From: a bacterium | Lineage (GTDB): Bacteria; UBA8248; JACPRG01; G963555815 | Direction: 5' to 3' | NCBI GenBank assembly: GCA_965218795.1 | Contig: OZ244653.1 | Span: 2,016,001-2,080,000, forward strand | Length of the DNA stretch: 64,000 nt | Notes under the pieces: model-generated | Seen by the model: only the letters and a program-made list of their open reading frames with translations | The model's database searches: none | What the model was told of the DNA's origin: nothing | Part shown: positions 9,760 through 19,829 of the stretch, piece by piece | Numbering within the stretch: position 1 is the first letter of the stretch | Layout: each line of letters opens with the position of its first letter | Translations under genes and position numbers: made by a program

Positions 9760-9775
9760 CGGAGGGAAAGGTTTT

Positions 9776-10600
9776 TCAGGCTTGCGAGGAGATCCGCTCC
9801 GCTTTTCGCACCAGGTCTCGCACACGGTCGAGGCTGACGGGCCGGCCGAGGGTGCCCGCCTCCTTCACGGAGGAACCGACGATGGCGCCATCCCCGACCG
9901 TGAGCATGCGGTCCACGTTTTCAACGTCGACGCCGCTGCCCAGAAAAACGGGCGTCTCTGGAATCGCGCCGGTCACCTGCCGAACGACCTCCAAATCGGC
10001 GGGCTTTCCGGCTCCGATGCCGGACACAACAACCACATCGGAAAGGCCGCGCCCCGCCAAATCCCGCGCGTCGCGCTCCAGATTCGGCGGGGCGAAGGCC
10101 GCCGCGTGTTTGACTTGAAAATCGGCAAAGATTTTGATGTCCGTTCCAAGGAGCTTCCGAAGCCGAAGCGTCTCGTGGGCGGCGCCCTGAATGATCCCCT
10201 GATCCGTGATCATGGTGCCCGCGTGAACGCCCACCCGAATGAAGGTACATTTCGTGGCGGCGGCGATGGAGACGGCGGCGGCCGAATCATTTCGGAGGAC
10301 GCTCACCCCGCAGGGCAGACGTACGGCCTCCCGCACGGCGCCCACGGCCCGGGTCATACAGGCGGTGGTGACGGGCTCCACAGGACCCGGAACAAAGGGC
10401 ATATCTCCGAAGTTTTCAACGATGACCCCGTGGGCTCCGCCTTCCTCTGCGGCTCGGGCATCGGCCACCGCTCGCCCCAGCATGCCTTCCAGCCCTGCTT
10501 CTTCATCGTGCCCAAGCGTCCCCGGCAAGGCGATGAGATGGACCATGACGATGACCGGACGGGGAACGTCAAAAAGGGCCTCGGGCAGCAAAGTCATCAC
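9776..10600 (-). CDS. BtpA/SgcQ family protein
   Basis: MVHLIALPG, VENFGDMPF, LRND, TDQGII, VKHA, GSGV, GAIVGS. Confidence 0.9.
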   Translation of the reverse strand: MMTLLPEALFDVPRPVIVMVHLIALPGTLGHDEEAGLEGMLGRAVADARAAEEGGAHGVIVENFGDMPFVPGPVEPVTTACMTRAVGAVREAVRLPCGVSVLRNDSAAAVSIAAATKCTFIRVGVHAGTMITDQGIIQGAAHETLRLRKLLGTDIKIFADFQVKHAAAFAPPNLERDARDLAGRGLSDVVVVSGIGAGKPADLEVVRQVTGAIPETPVFLGSGVDVENVDRMLTVGDGAIVGSSVKEAGTLGRPVSLDRVRDLVRKAERISSQA

Positions 10601-10881
10601 TCCATCCAGAAGGTCATGCCTCCCAGCCGGTTGGCAAAAAAATGGTCAGGCTCCATGAACTCTCGATTGAATCGGGCCACTGCCTTTGCAGGGTCCATGG
10701 TGATCGTTCTCGCGGGTTTCCGTGCGAACGCTTTTCAGAGGACCAAGTCGCCATTACGGCCCAGAGCGGCCAAGTGGGGTTTTTCATCATGGCGATCCAG
10801 GCGCGTCTTGCGGGCGACCCCAAACGGTGAGCCAAGGGTTGTATTCGATGAACCATTGTATCCCTGGTGTATAACTAGGCA

Positions 10882-11421
10882 TCATTTCTGATCATCGTTT
10901 GACGCAGGGTCCACGACTCGGATCGCGCCCAGCTCCCGATATTGCTCGGCACAATCCAATCCATATCCCACCACCCACTGCGGAGGAATCGTGAACCCAA
11001 CGTAGTCCACTTCAAAAGGAACCTCGCGCATTTCAACCTTGTCCAGAAAAACAGCAAACTTTAGAGATGAGGGATTCTGCGCCAGAAGGACCTCACGGAT
11101 TTTGGCCAACGTACAGCCTGTATCGATAATGTCGTCCACGACCAATACGTGGCGGTTTCCGACCTCCCCCATCCCCTGGGTCAGCAACTCGACATTTCCC
11201 TCCGAAACGGTCTTTTCCCGATAGCTGGATGCAATCAGGCAACCCAACGTTACCCTTCGGTTCAGCGCCCGAATGAGATCCGCCGTGAAAAACAGCGACC
11301 CTTTCATCACGGTGATCATATGGAGGTCATTCTCACCATAATCCGTTCGAATCCGCTCTGCCATCTCCTGAACGCGCCGCGCAATTTCCTCTTGAGTGAA
11401 CAGGATCTCCTCCAGCTTCAC
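10882..11421 (-). CDS. hpt: Hypoxanthine phosphoribosyltransferase
   Basis: VLVVDDIIDTGCTL PRPP motif, VVGYGLD. Confidence 0.93.
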   Translation of the reverse strand: MKLEEILFTQEEIARRVQEMAERIRTDYGENDLHMITVMKGSLFFTADLIRALNRRVTLGCLIASSYREKTVSEGNVELLTQGMGEVGNRHVLVVDDIIDTGCTLAKIREVLLAQNPSSLKFAVFLDKVEMREVPFEVDYVGFTIPPQWVVGYGLDCAEQYRELGAIRVVDPASNDDQK

Positions 11422-11824
11422 TGGTCCTGCCTCCGAAACCGGTCACTCATCGGTATTCGTTCCAATCTGCCATCCCCTTGGGTGTCAAGGTTCACCTGAC
11501 CCGCCTCTCTTATCCAAGAATGTAATTCTGAATCAAGCAGACTTCAAAGCTCAGGGAAGGCTTGGAAAATCAAATACATCGCGCGACCGGTTCGGCCCAA
11601 AACGTCTTCTCCTCATCACCCGGATGGGGAGGGGTTCGATGGTGCCGGGGCGCGTTCGGGGGTCTCATCTAGGCTGGACTCCAGACCTGGAGTGGCGGTG
11701 CTTCAAACCTTCTCCGCTCACGTGCCAAATAGACTCCAGAATCCATTGAGAAGGCGTCTGAGAAGACTTCGGCGGGCTTCCCTCTCCTCTCCACCGGAAA
11801 TATTCTTATGGGGGCCATTTTCCG

Positions 11825-12124
11825 TCATGAAGATTTCTTCCCCTTCACCTTGGCGATTTCCCGATCTCTCTTCGATGCCCAGCTCTCTTTCTCCTTCCGA
11901 AACTCTTCCCCCAAACTTTCAAGGACCGCTTCGGCGAGTTCAGGGTCAGCGGCGTCAATCCCTCTGATCTTCTGTTCGAGCATGATTTCGGCCTCAGCCA
12001 CTTTGGCCTGAAATTCCGCCTCGATGCCGGAAATCCGCTTTTTTTGGCTTTCCGTAAGTTCGGAGTCCTCTTGGGAAACCATTTTGGCCGTCTTTTCCAT
12101 GGCCAATTCGAGGGCACTCTTCAT
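11825..12124 (-). CDS. Conserved hypothetical coiled-coil protein
   Basis: AGGAGG RBS before ATG 12124; MKSALELAMEK N-terminus, charged helical composition. Confidence 0.75.
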   Translation of the reverse strand: MKSALELAMEKTAKMVSQEDSELTESQKKRISGIEAEFQAKVAEAEIMLEQKIRGIDAADPELAEAVLESLGEEFRKEKESWASKRDREIAKVKGKKSS

Positions 12125-12372
12125 TTGTGTACCTCCTATTTCCCATCCCCTGAGTCCGATGAAGGCATTCCACCACAACCCGGAAGCCAAGGTCAACACG
12201 CAGTCCACGGCACGGACATGACCCGTGTTCCTGCCTGATCGCAGCGTTCGAAATATCGGCCGACGCCTGCCGGCCTGAAATGACCGGAAATGTGATACTC
12301 ATCGGCAAATTTGACTGAGACCGCGAAATCCATTAGATAATTAGGATTCAGGAATGTCCGCCTTCTCACCGG

Positions 12373-13311
12373 ATGGCGGAATCGACGCTTCTCAAAAATC
12401 TGGAAGGCCGTTTACCCGTGGGCGTAGATGCGAAAGTCGTAGAAGATTTTGTGGCTTACACGCGGGACAAAAAGGGCCAGAACCCGGTCGAGCACCAGTT
12501 CAAAAAGGGCGATACGGTCAACCTGAGTCAGATTTGGGAAGGCGAATTATGCCTGATCAAGAACCCCGAGGGAAAGGTCTTCAATATCAAGAAGGCGTTC
12601 CTGGAAAAGGAGGTCTTCGAAAAAAAAACGGGAGACGACAAGGGGAAAACGCGGCGCAAGCGCTCTGGAGACATTCCCGATTTCGCCGATCTCTCCGTCA
12701 TGCGTCCGGACTTGGAATTGGAACGAGGCCTGGCGCCCTCCCTGGCAAAATCTGTAGAGCTCACTTTGCTGGAGAACACGCGCAGGTTCCTTCGGAGCAA
12801 GACCGGAGGAGGCGTCACCGTCATCATTCTGATTCTTGCCATGTATATGGGTTGGACCAACTTTCAAAAATCCCGAAACGACACCCCTTCAGGCATTCTG
12901 GCACTGGCGGTCCTCGAAAGAGGCAGTTTGATCAAACCGGGCCATTTCCAGCCCAGCTTTCATCGAATCACCCTGGACTATGACAGCACAAGGGCGGAGG
13001 CCAGGGTACATGACTCCGTCTGGGGGAAGCGGACCCTGACCCTGAAGCTACCCGGGGAAAAATCCGGCATTCTGGCGAGCGATCAGGAAGACCGATGGCT
13101 CAACAATTCGCAATTCCACGGGGTCTATTTCGACGAATTCGTTGACTTTGGCAGCGACGGCCAGGTTGACGAGGTCCGAAAGGTATTGGAGTTCCGGTCG
13201 GGAACGAACATCCTCGTGGGCGCATACCGGAAAACAGTTTATTCGGATGCTGCCTATGAGGAGCGTTACAAAGAGTCCGTTCGGCAAATTGTCCAATCCT
13301 TGGCGAAGTGA
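12373..13311 (+). CDS. Hypothetical single-pass membrane protein
   Basis: 312-aa ORF with one hydrophobic segment (VTVIILILAMYMGW); no family recognised. Confidence 0.7.
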   Translation: MAESTLLKNLEGRLPVGVDAKVVEDFVAYTRDKKGQNPVEHQFKKGDTVNLSQIWEGELCLIKNPEGKVFNIKKAFLEKEVFEKKTGDDKGKTRRKRSGDIPDFADLSVMRPDLELERGLAPSLAKSVELTLLENTRRFLRSKTGGGVTVIILILAMYMGWTNFQKSRNDTPSGILALAVLERGSLIKPGHFQPSFHRITLDYDSTRAEARVHDSVWGKRTLTLKLPGEKSGILASDQEDRWLNNSQFHGVYFDEFVDFGSDGQVDEVRKVLEFRSGTNILVGAYRKTVYSDAAYEERYKESVRQIVQSLAK

Positions 13312-13570
13312 GCTCCGGTGAAATTCAGCGAAATATCCGGCCCAGCTCACGATATTTTTTCACCCGGATCGCCGCGGTTGTCCTACCCCTCTTCCATTCG
13401 GATCCTGAACGCGCCGATGGGCGCATAAACCCTTTTATTGTTCGCCGGAAATCAAACCGTCCCATTCACCGCGAAATCGAATCGTTTGATTTCTTCGTAG
13501 CGGGGGACGGGCATGAGCTCTCTGATTTTCGGTACGGGAGTGGTCATCCTCCAGTTCCGGGTGAACCCTA

Positions 13571-14830
13571 TTGTCGGAGCCACAAAAAACACATCACGAT
13601 AAGGAAACCGGGGGCGAACCGAGTCGACCGCGGGCCGAGAAGATCCGGATCTTGGCCACGCTGACATTCGGGCACGCAAACATCCATTGGTTTGTCGGAT
13701 TGATGGGTCCTATCCTGCCGCTTATCGCGCGAGACCTGAATCTGACCTTCACACAAGTCGGATTGCTCCTGGCGCTCCGCTCACTCGGCGCATCATTTGG
13801 AGGAGCCGCCGCAGGCGTGTTTACGGACGTCATAGGCAGGCGCAAACCCCTGCTCGTCGTCAACCTATTCTTGATGGGCGTCGGGTTCGCCTGGATGGGT
13901 TACGCAAACAGCCTGGCCGTCCTCCTGCTCCCGTTTCTTCTGACAGGCTTTCTCAATTCCGGGTGGCACCCTCCCGCCATGTCCGCCATCTCGATCACCT
14001 ACCCGGACCAGCGAGGCTTCGCCCTCGGACTGCACGGGAGCGGAGCCAGCCTCCTGCAGTCTTTGGCCCCTTTGACCATCGGTTACGCCCTGACCTTTAT
14101 CAGTTGGCGCACTGTTTTGAAGGTTCATTTCTTTCCCGGCCTGATCTCCGCTGGATTGCTCTTGTTCCTGCTCCCACCGCTTGTCGCTTCGGTCAGCGGC
14201 AGTGTTCGCAGGTATTCGTCCCGCATCGCCTTGAGTTTCAAGGAAAATCCGGCCATTCTCGGGGTGGCTGCGCTCTCCTGTCTCCGGACGATGAGTTATC
14301 GCACCCTCGACAGCTTTCTCCCTCTGTATCTCGCGTTTCACTTCGGGATGAGCCCCCGCTGGGTCGGGTTTTATATCTTCCTGTTGATCTTCTCGGGCAC
14401 CCTCCCGGAGACCGTTTCCGGCTTCATCTCGGACCGTGTCGGACGGAGGGGGATTCTCATCACCGGTCTGTTGATTTCGACGGCCTGCCTGATCCTGATC
14501 CCCTTCCTGCCGGCCGGGGCGCCGCTCGGGATAACAATCTGTGTCCTCGGATTCAGCCTGATCTCCCTGCGCTCTATCATCATGGCGTTCGGTCTCGATC
14601 TGACCCCTCCGGACCTGGGCGGTACAACCATCGGCTTCATCTTCAGCTTTAACCAGATATTCACGGGGATGGGACCGCTCTTCGCCGGCATCCTGTCCGA
14701 TCGCCTGGGACTCTCGGCAGCCTTCTATTTCATGGCCGCCACGACGCTCGCCGCCGCCGTTTCTGTTCGCTTGCTGATTCATCCCAAGAAAACACCGTCC
14801 GAGCTGGCAGCATCCACAGAGAGCGTTTGA
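13571..14830 (+). CDS. MFS transporter
   Basis: About 12 hydrophobic segments; GVFTDVIGRR and GFISDRVGRR motif A copies. Confidence 0.92.
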   Translation: MSEPQKTHHDKETGGEPSRPRAEKIRILATLTFGHANIHWFVGLMGPILPLIARDLNLTFTQVGLLLALRSLGASFGGAAAGVFTDVIGRRKPLLVVNLFLMGVGFAWMGYANSLAVLLLPFLLTGFLNSGWHPPAMSAISITYPDQRGFALGLHGSGASLLQSLAPLTIGYALTFISWRTVLKVHFFPGLISAGLLLFLLPPLVASVSGSVRRYSSRIALSFKENPAILGVAALSCLRTMSYRTLDSFLPLYLAFHFGMSPRWVGFYIFLLIFSGTLPETVSGFISDRVGRRGILITGLLISTACLILIPFLPAGAPLGITICVLGFSLISLRSIIMAFGLDLTPPDLGGTTIGFIFSFNQIFTGMGPLFAGILSDRLGLSAAFYFMAATTLAAAVSVRLLIHPKKTPSELAASTESV

Positions 14831-14943
14831 CTTTTTTCGGAGATGGGCGGAGGCCAACCCGCGCCTGATTTCGTTTATACTGTACCTCCCTCAATCAAAG
14901 CGTACTTCTACAAGCAACGGAACTTCTGTCGCAAGGAGAGGAC

Positions 14944-16347
14944 GTGGCCGACAAACAGCCGGACCTGCTCAATGAATCGCTGACCGTCATCAACTTGGGG
15001 CTGAAAGATTTTGCCGATTCGCTCCGAGAGCAAGGCGCCGACGTGACTTCGGTCGATTGGTCGCCTCCCGCGGGCGGCGATTCCGAACTCGGGGCCTTGG
15101 TGGACAATCTGGGCGGCTGTGACGGACCGAATGACCAGGCCGTGGAAGCCATGATGAGCGCCCGGCCCGTCTGGGAGGACGTGGGAACCGCCCGCGAAGC
15201 CATCACGGATATGGACGACGACACAATTCTCCACGCCGGGCCTCCCGTAACATGGGAAAACATGTGCGGGCCCATGCGCGGAGCCATCATCGGGGCACTC
15301 CTCTATGAAAGACGCGCGCGAACTGAGAAAGGCGCGGAACGCCTGGCCCGTTCCGGGAAAATCCGGTTCGATTCATGCCACCACCACGGGGCCGTCGGGC
15401 CGATGGCGGGCATCATCTCCCCCAGCATGCCGGTCTTCATTCTCCGGAACGCTGATCGAGGTAATCGGTCGTTCGCAACGCTCAACGAAGGCTTGGGGAA
15501 GGTCTTGCGCTACGGCGCCTATGACCGGGAAGTCATCGACCGTCTTCGGTGGATGGAAAGAGAGCTGGCCCCGGCCATGAAGGCCGCCGTGCTCGACGCC
15601 GAAGGGGTCGACATCAAGACCATCATGGCGAAGGCCCTTCACATGGGGGATGAATGTCACAACCGCAATGTAGCCGCCACGGCCACGTTGATTCGGACCT
15701 TGGCGCCTCACCTGGCCAAGGCTGTCAAGCGTCGCGCGACGATGGAGCGGGTCGCGGGCTTCATCGCAGGAAACGATCATTTCTTCTTGAATCTTGGGAT
15801 GCCGGCTTGTAAGGCGTCGGCGGATGCGGCCCACGGCGTCAAAGGGGCATCCATCGTCACGGCCATGGCGAGGAACGGCACGGAAATCGGTATCCGCGTC
15901 AGCGGGCTGAAAGACCGGTGGTTCACCGCGCCCGCCGGGAAAGTGGAAGGCCTTTACTTTCCGGGCTATGGCCCGGAGGATGCGAACCCCGATATCGGGG
16001 ACAGCACCATCACCGAGACGGCCGGGGTGGGCGGATTTGCCATGGGAACGGCCCCGGCCATCGTTCAATTCGTCGGCGGAACGGTGGACCGCGCGCTGGC
16101 CATGACAAGAGAGATGCTCGAGATCACCTCGGCGCAAAATCCCGCGTTGACGCTCCCTTGCCTCAATTTCGCCGGGACGCCGACCGGCATTGACGTGCGC
16201 AAAGTCATTGAAACCGGGATTACACCGGCCATCAATACAGGGATCGCCCACCGGCTCCCGGGCGTAGGACAAATCGGCGCGGGCCTGTTGCGGGCTCCGA
16301 TGGGCCCATTCGTGGAAGCGATCAAGGCGTTGGCCGAAGAGGGCTGA
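14944..16347 (+). CDS. DUF1116 (YlbE/YahG, AllG-like) protein with an FdrA-tail-like N-terminus
   Basis: ILHAGPP, NEGLGKVLRYGA, MGDECHNRN, MARNG, DIGDSTITET, INTGIAH; N-terminal VINLGL...VDWSPPAGGD. Confidence 0.9.
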   Translation: MADKQPDLLNESLTVINLGLKDFADSLREQGADVTSVDWSPPAGGDSELGALVDNLGGCDGPNDQAVEAMMSARPVWEDVGTAREAITDMDDDTILHAGPPVTWENMCGPMRGAIIGALLYERRARTEKGAERLARSGKIRFDSCHHHGAVGPMAGIISPSMPVFILRNADRGNRSFATLNEGLGKVLRYGAYDREVIDRLRWMERELAPAMKAAVLDAEGVDIKTIMAKALHMGDECHNRNVAATATLIRTLAPHLAKAVKRRATMERVAGFIAGNDHFFLNLGMPACKASADAAHGVKGASIVTAMARNGTEIGIRVSGLKDRWFTAPAGKVEGLYFPGYGPEDANPDIGDSTITETAGVGGFAMGTAPAIVQFVGGTVDRALAMTREMLEITSAQNPALTLPCLNFAGTPTGIDVRKVIETGITPAINTGIAHRLPGVGQIGAGLLRAPMGPFVEAIKALAEEG

Positions 16348-16371
16348 GCCCTGCTTCGGGGGAAATTCGTC

Positions 16372-17325
16372 GTGGCGGAAGTGGAGCGCAGAGTGGCCGT
16401 CGTGGCTTTTGGCGGAAATGCCGTCGACCCCAGCGGGAAGAGTTCCGCACAGGAGATGCGGGGTCATGTGCGGGACGCCTGCAAATCCGTTCTGACCCTT
16501 CTCGACGAAGGGTACCGGGTCGTCCTGACCCACGGGAACGGACCGCAGATCGGTCGGCTCCTCATTCGGATGGACAAGACCAAGAAGATTTTCCCGCCCA
16601 TGCCCATGGACATCTGCGTAGCCGACACCCAGGCGGCCATCGGATACATGATCCAACAAAGCCTTTTGAATCTGACCCGCGAGGTGGGCCGGGACCATTC
16701 CATCGCCACAATTGTCACCCAGGTGGAAGTGGACCCCAACGACCCCGCTTTCGACAACCCGACGAAACCCATCGGCCCGTTCTACGAAGAGAAAGAGGCG
16801 AAATCCATCGGTGGCGAGCATGGGTGGCGGCTCGTTCCGGATGCCAATCGCGGGTATCGCCGCGTCGTACCCTCCCCTCATCCGAAAAAAATTGTAGAGC
16901 TGGCGGCCATACGGAAGCTTGTCTCCGAAGGCGTGATTGTGATCACTGTGGGAGGAGGCGGGATACCGGTGGTCAAGAAAGAAGAGGGATACGTAGGAAT
17001 CGACGCGGTGATCGACAAGGATTTCGCCAGCGCCCTCCTTGCAGCCGACCTGAACGCCCATACGTTCATCGTCCTGACCGGAGTCGATCAGGTGGCCATT
17101 GATTTTGGAAAGCCGACGGAACGACCACTGGATCGACTCACCACGAAAGAGGCGAAGGCCTATTTGGAAGAGGGGCAGTTTCCCGCGGGAAGCATGGGTC
17201 CGAAGATTGAAGCCGCCTTGAAGTTTCTTGAAGGGCGCAGAGATGGAGAAGTCCTGATTACTTCCCTGGAAGCTCTCCCTCGGGCCATCCGGAGAAAGAC
17301 CGGAACCCGTATCCTCTCCGATTGA
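16372..17325 (+). CDS. arcC: Carbamate kinase
   Basis: AFGGNA, THGNGPQIG, PTKPIGPFY, GYRRVVPSP, GGGGIPV, VIDKD, GSMGPK. Confidence 0.93.
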   Translation: MAEVERRVAVVAFGGNAVDPSGKSSAQEMRGHVRDACKSVLTLLDEGYRVVLTHGNGPQIGRLLIRMDKTKKIFPPMPMDICVADTQAAIGYMIQQSLLNLTREVGRDHSIATIVTQVEVDPNDPAFDNPTKPIGPFYEEKEAKSIGGEHGWRLVPDANRGYRRVVPSPHPKKIVELAAIRKLVSEGVIVITVGGGGIPVVKKEEGYVGIDAVIDKDFASALLAADLNAHTFIVLTGVDQVAIDFGKPTERPLDRLTTKEAKAYLEEGQFPAGSMGPKIEAALKFLEGRRDGEVLITSLEALPRAIRRKTGTRILSD

Positions 17326-17373
17326 AGCTTATCCGCCGCATCAATCCATGAAGCCCTTGGAGGCCTCTGATCC

Positions 17374-18366
17374 TTGAAGCTTGCGACTTTTGAAATTCCC
17401 ACGGAAGCGGGAGCCGTTCGCCGGGTTGGGGCTCTTGACGATGAGCATTTGATCGACCTTCGGGCGGCCTATTCTCTTTGCGTAATGGAGACGGAGGAGG
17501 TCGAGGACCCCGAACCTCTCGCCTCTGCCCTGTTTCCAAGCGACATGGTCGCCTTCTTGCGAAATGGGCGTGCTGGGAAAAAGGCCCTGGAAGCCGCTTT
17601 GACGTTTCTGGATTCGCGGGAACCTGACACACGGGGGTTCCGGAACGAGCGAATTCGATATGAGACGGAGGAGATCCGCCTGCTGGCTCCGGTCCCGAAG
17701 CCTGAATCCATCAGGGATTTCCTGACCTTTGAAGGGCATCTGAGGGGTACGGCTCGCACCCTGGGCCTAGTCGATTCCATCCCGAAGCTATGGTACGAGA
17801 TCCCCTCCTACTACCGCGGGAACGTGGACAACGTGATCGGCCCCGATGAATCCGTGCGATGGCCTTCTTATACTGAAAAACTGGATTACGAGCTCGAGTT
17901 CGGCGTATTCATCGGACGACAGGGCAGAGACATATCCCGGGAGCGGGCCTCCGAGTACATCGCCGGATATACAATCTTCAATGACTGGAGCGCCAGAGAC
18001 GTTCAGGGAGACATCATGTCCCTGCGGATGGGGCCGGCCAAGTCGAAGGATTTCGATGCGGGGAACTCGATGGGACCGTTTCTCGTGACGCCTGACGAAA
18101 TTGATCCGGAGAACCTGACGATGGTCGTCCGGGTGAATGGCGAGGAGAGATGTCGCGCGAATTCAGGCGGCATGCAGTTCAAGTTCCCCGACCTGATCGC
18201 GGATGTTTCCAGAAGCGAGACCCTCCTGCCGGGTGATTTTCTGGCTTCCGGAACGGCTCCCGGGGGCTGCGGACTGGAGCTTGATCAATGGATTCAGCCG
18301 GGAGACGTCGTGGAGCTGGAGGTGGAAGGCATCGGGATTCTTCGAACTCCGGTGGCCAAAACATGA
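17374..18366 (+). CDS. Fumarylacetoacetate hydrolase family protein
   Basis: RDFLTFEGH, LDYELE, NDWSARD, GPAKSKDF, SGT; GGAGG RBS before the TTG start. Confidence 0.9.
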   Translation: MKLATFEIPTEAGAVRRVGALDDEHLIDLRAAYSLCVMETEEVEDPEPLASALFPSDMVAFLRNGRAGKKALEAALTFLDSREPDTRGFRNERIRYETEEIRLLAPVPKPESIRDFLTFEGHLRGTARTLGLVDSIPKLWYEIPSYYRGNVDNVIGPDESVRWPSYTEKLDYELEFGVFIGRQGRDISRERASEYIAGYTIFNDWSARDVQGDIMSLRMGPAKSKDFDAGNSMGPFLVTPDEIDPENLTMVVRVNGEERCRANSGGMQFKFPDLIADVSRSETLLPGDFLASGTAPGGCGLELDQWIQPGDVVELEVEGIGILRTPVAKT

Positions 18367-18533
18367 ACGCCTGACACTCGCCGGGCAATCTGCATCGCCG
18401 AAAGAGGGACCTTCCCGCCCGGCCAAGCGCGGCCGATGCCCCACCAGCCTGTTTCTATCCGACTGGAATGGGCCGGATCGCTCTATATAATAAGTCGATT
18501 GTTCGTTGCCATCGCTCGGAAGGACCGATCCTG

Positions 18534-19769
18534 ATGCGTTGCGTCATTGTTCATTATCACGAAATCGCGCTCAAGAAGGGAAACCGGCCCTATTATATCG
18601 ACCGAATGATCAAGAACCTGAATCAGGCGACGGCCGACCTGAGCGTGGGAAAAATTCGCAAGGTCTCGGGCCGGGTGATCATGGAGCTGGAAGCAGGTTC
18701 CGACTGGGAGAAGGTTCGCAGCCGGCTGCGGATGGTTTTCGGCATCGCGAATTTCTCCTTGTGCGAAAGGATCCCCCATACGGCCGACGGCTCCGCTGAT
18801 CTGGAGGCCCTGAAGGAGGCGGCCGGGCGCGCCGTCCTGGAGTGGCGCTCGGCAGGGAACGGGTTCGAAACTTTCCGCGTGGCCGCGCGACGCGCTTATA
18901 AACAATTTCCGTTTGAATCCCCCGAGATCAATCGGGTGATCGGGGGGCACATCAAGGAAATATCGGGCGCATCCGTCAATCTGGGCCGCCCCGATTTGAC
19001 GGTTCACCTTGAAGTGATTCCTCACGAATCGTTCCTTTACTTTGACAAGGTCGCCGGGCCGGGCGGACTCCCCATAGGGGTCAGCGGCCGGGTCTGCGTT
19101 CTTCTCTCCGGAGGCATTGATTCGCCCGTTGCCGCTTACCGGATGCTTCAGCGCGGGTGCCGCGCCTGGTTCGTCCATTTCCATGGGGCGCCGTTTCTGA
19201 CCAAGGTCTCTGCCGAAAAAGCCTCGGATCTAGCAGAGATCTTGACGGAATACCAATATGATTCGAAGCTTTATTCCGTTCCATTCGGCGAGATCCAGCG
19301 CCAAGTGGTGCTGAGCGCGCCCCCACCCTTGCGGGTCATCCTCTACCGGCGGCTCATGATTCGGATTGCGGAGGCCATCGGCGGACGGCACCGGGCGCAG
19401 GCGCTGGTGACCGGGGAAAGCCTTGCGCAGGTCGCCTCCCAAACCCTGAGCAACATCGGAGTGATCCAGGAGGCCGCGACCCTGCCCATCTTTCGCCCTC
19501 TCATCGGCATGGACAAGAACGAGATTTCCGCCCAGGCGGAACGGATCGGGACGTATGAGATATCCATACGGCCCGACCAGGACTGCTGTTCGCTCTTTGT
19601 CCCCAAGCATCCCGCCACCCGAAGTACGCTGGAAGAAGTGAAGGCGGCCGAGTCGGTGTTGGACGTTGACCCTCTGGTCTCCCAGGGGATTGAGAGCGCA
19701 ACGGTCGAAGCGTTTCACTTTCCGGAGGCGATCCGCCCCGCCCATCGAGAAGAACCCGTTTCCCCCTGA
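18534..19769 (+). CDS. thiI: tRNA 4-thiouridine(8) synthase, short form without rhodanese domain
   Basis: EIALKKGNR, THUMP domain, LSGGIDSPVA PP-loop, GESLAQVASQT, DCC. Confidence 0.93.
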   Translation: MRCVIVHYHEIALKKGNRPYYIDRMIKNLNQATADLSVGKIRKVSGRVIMELEAGSDWEKVRSRLRMVFGIANFSLCERIPHTADGSADLEALKEAAGRAVLEWRSAGNGFETFRVAARRAYKQFPFESPEINRVIGGHIKEISGASVNLGRPDLTVHLEVIPHESFLYFDKVAGPGGLPIGVSGRVCVLLSGGIDSPVAAYRMLQRGCRAWFVHFHGAPFLTKVSAEKASDLAEILTEYQYDSKLYSVPFGEIQRQVVLSAPPPLRVILYRRLMIRIAEAIGGRHRAQALVTGESLAQVASQTLSNIGVIQEAATLPIFRPLIGMDKNEISAQAERIGTYEISIRPDQDCCSLFVPKHPATRSTLEEVKAAESVLDVDPLVSQGIESATVEAFHFPEAIRPAHREEPVSP

Positions 19770-19829
19770 ACGCCCGGCTTGGCGGGGGCATCCGGAAACC
19801 TTCCATTACCCGTCCAGAAAGGTCCCCTC

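Noticed and set aside
10614-10856. Small ORFs between hpt and btpA
   Set aside because: No recognisable motif or RBS in any frame
11560-11780. Possible tRNA-Sec or ncRNA (CTTCAAA, GGTTCGA fragments)
   Set aside because: I could not build a cloverleaf; the elements are in the wrong order
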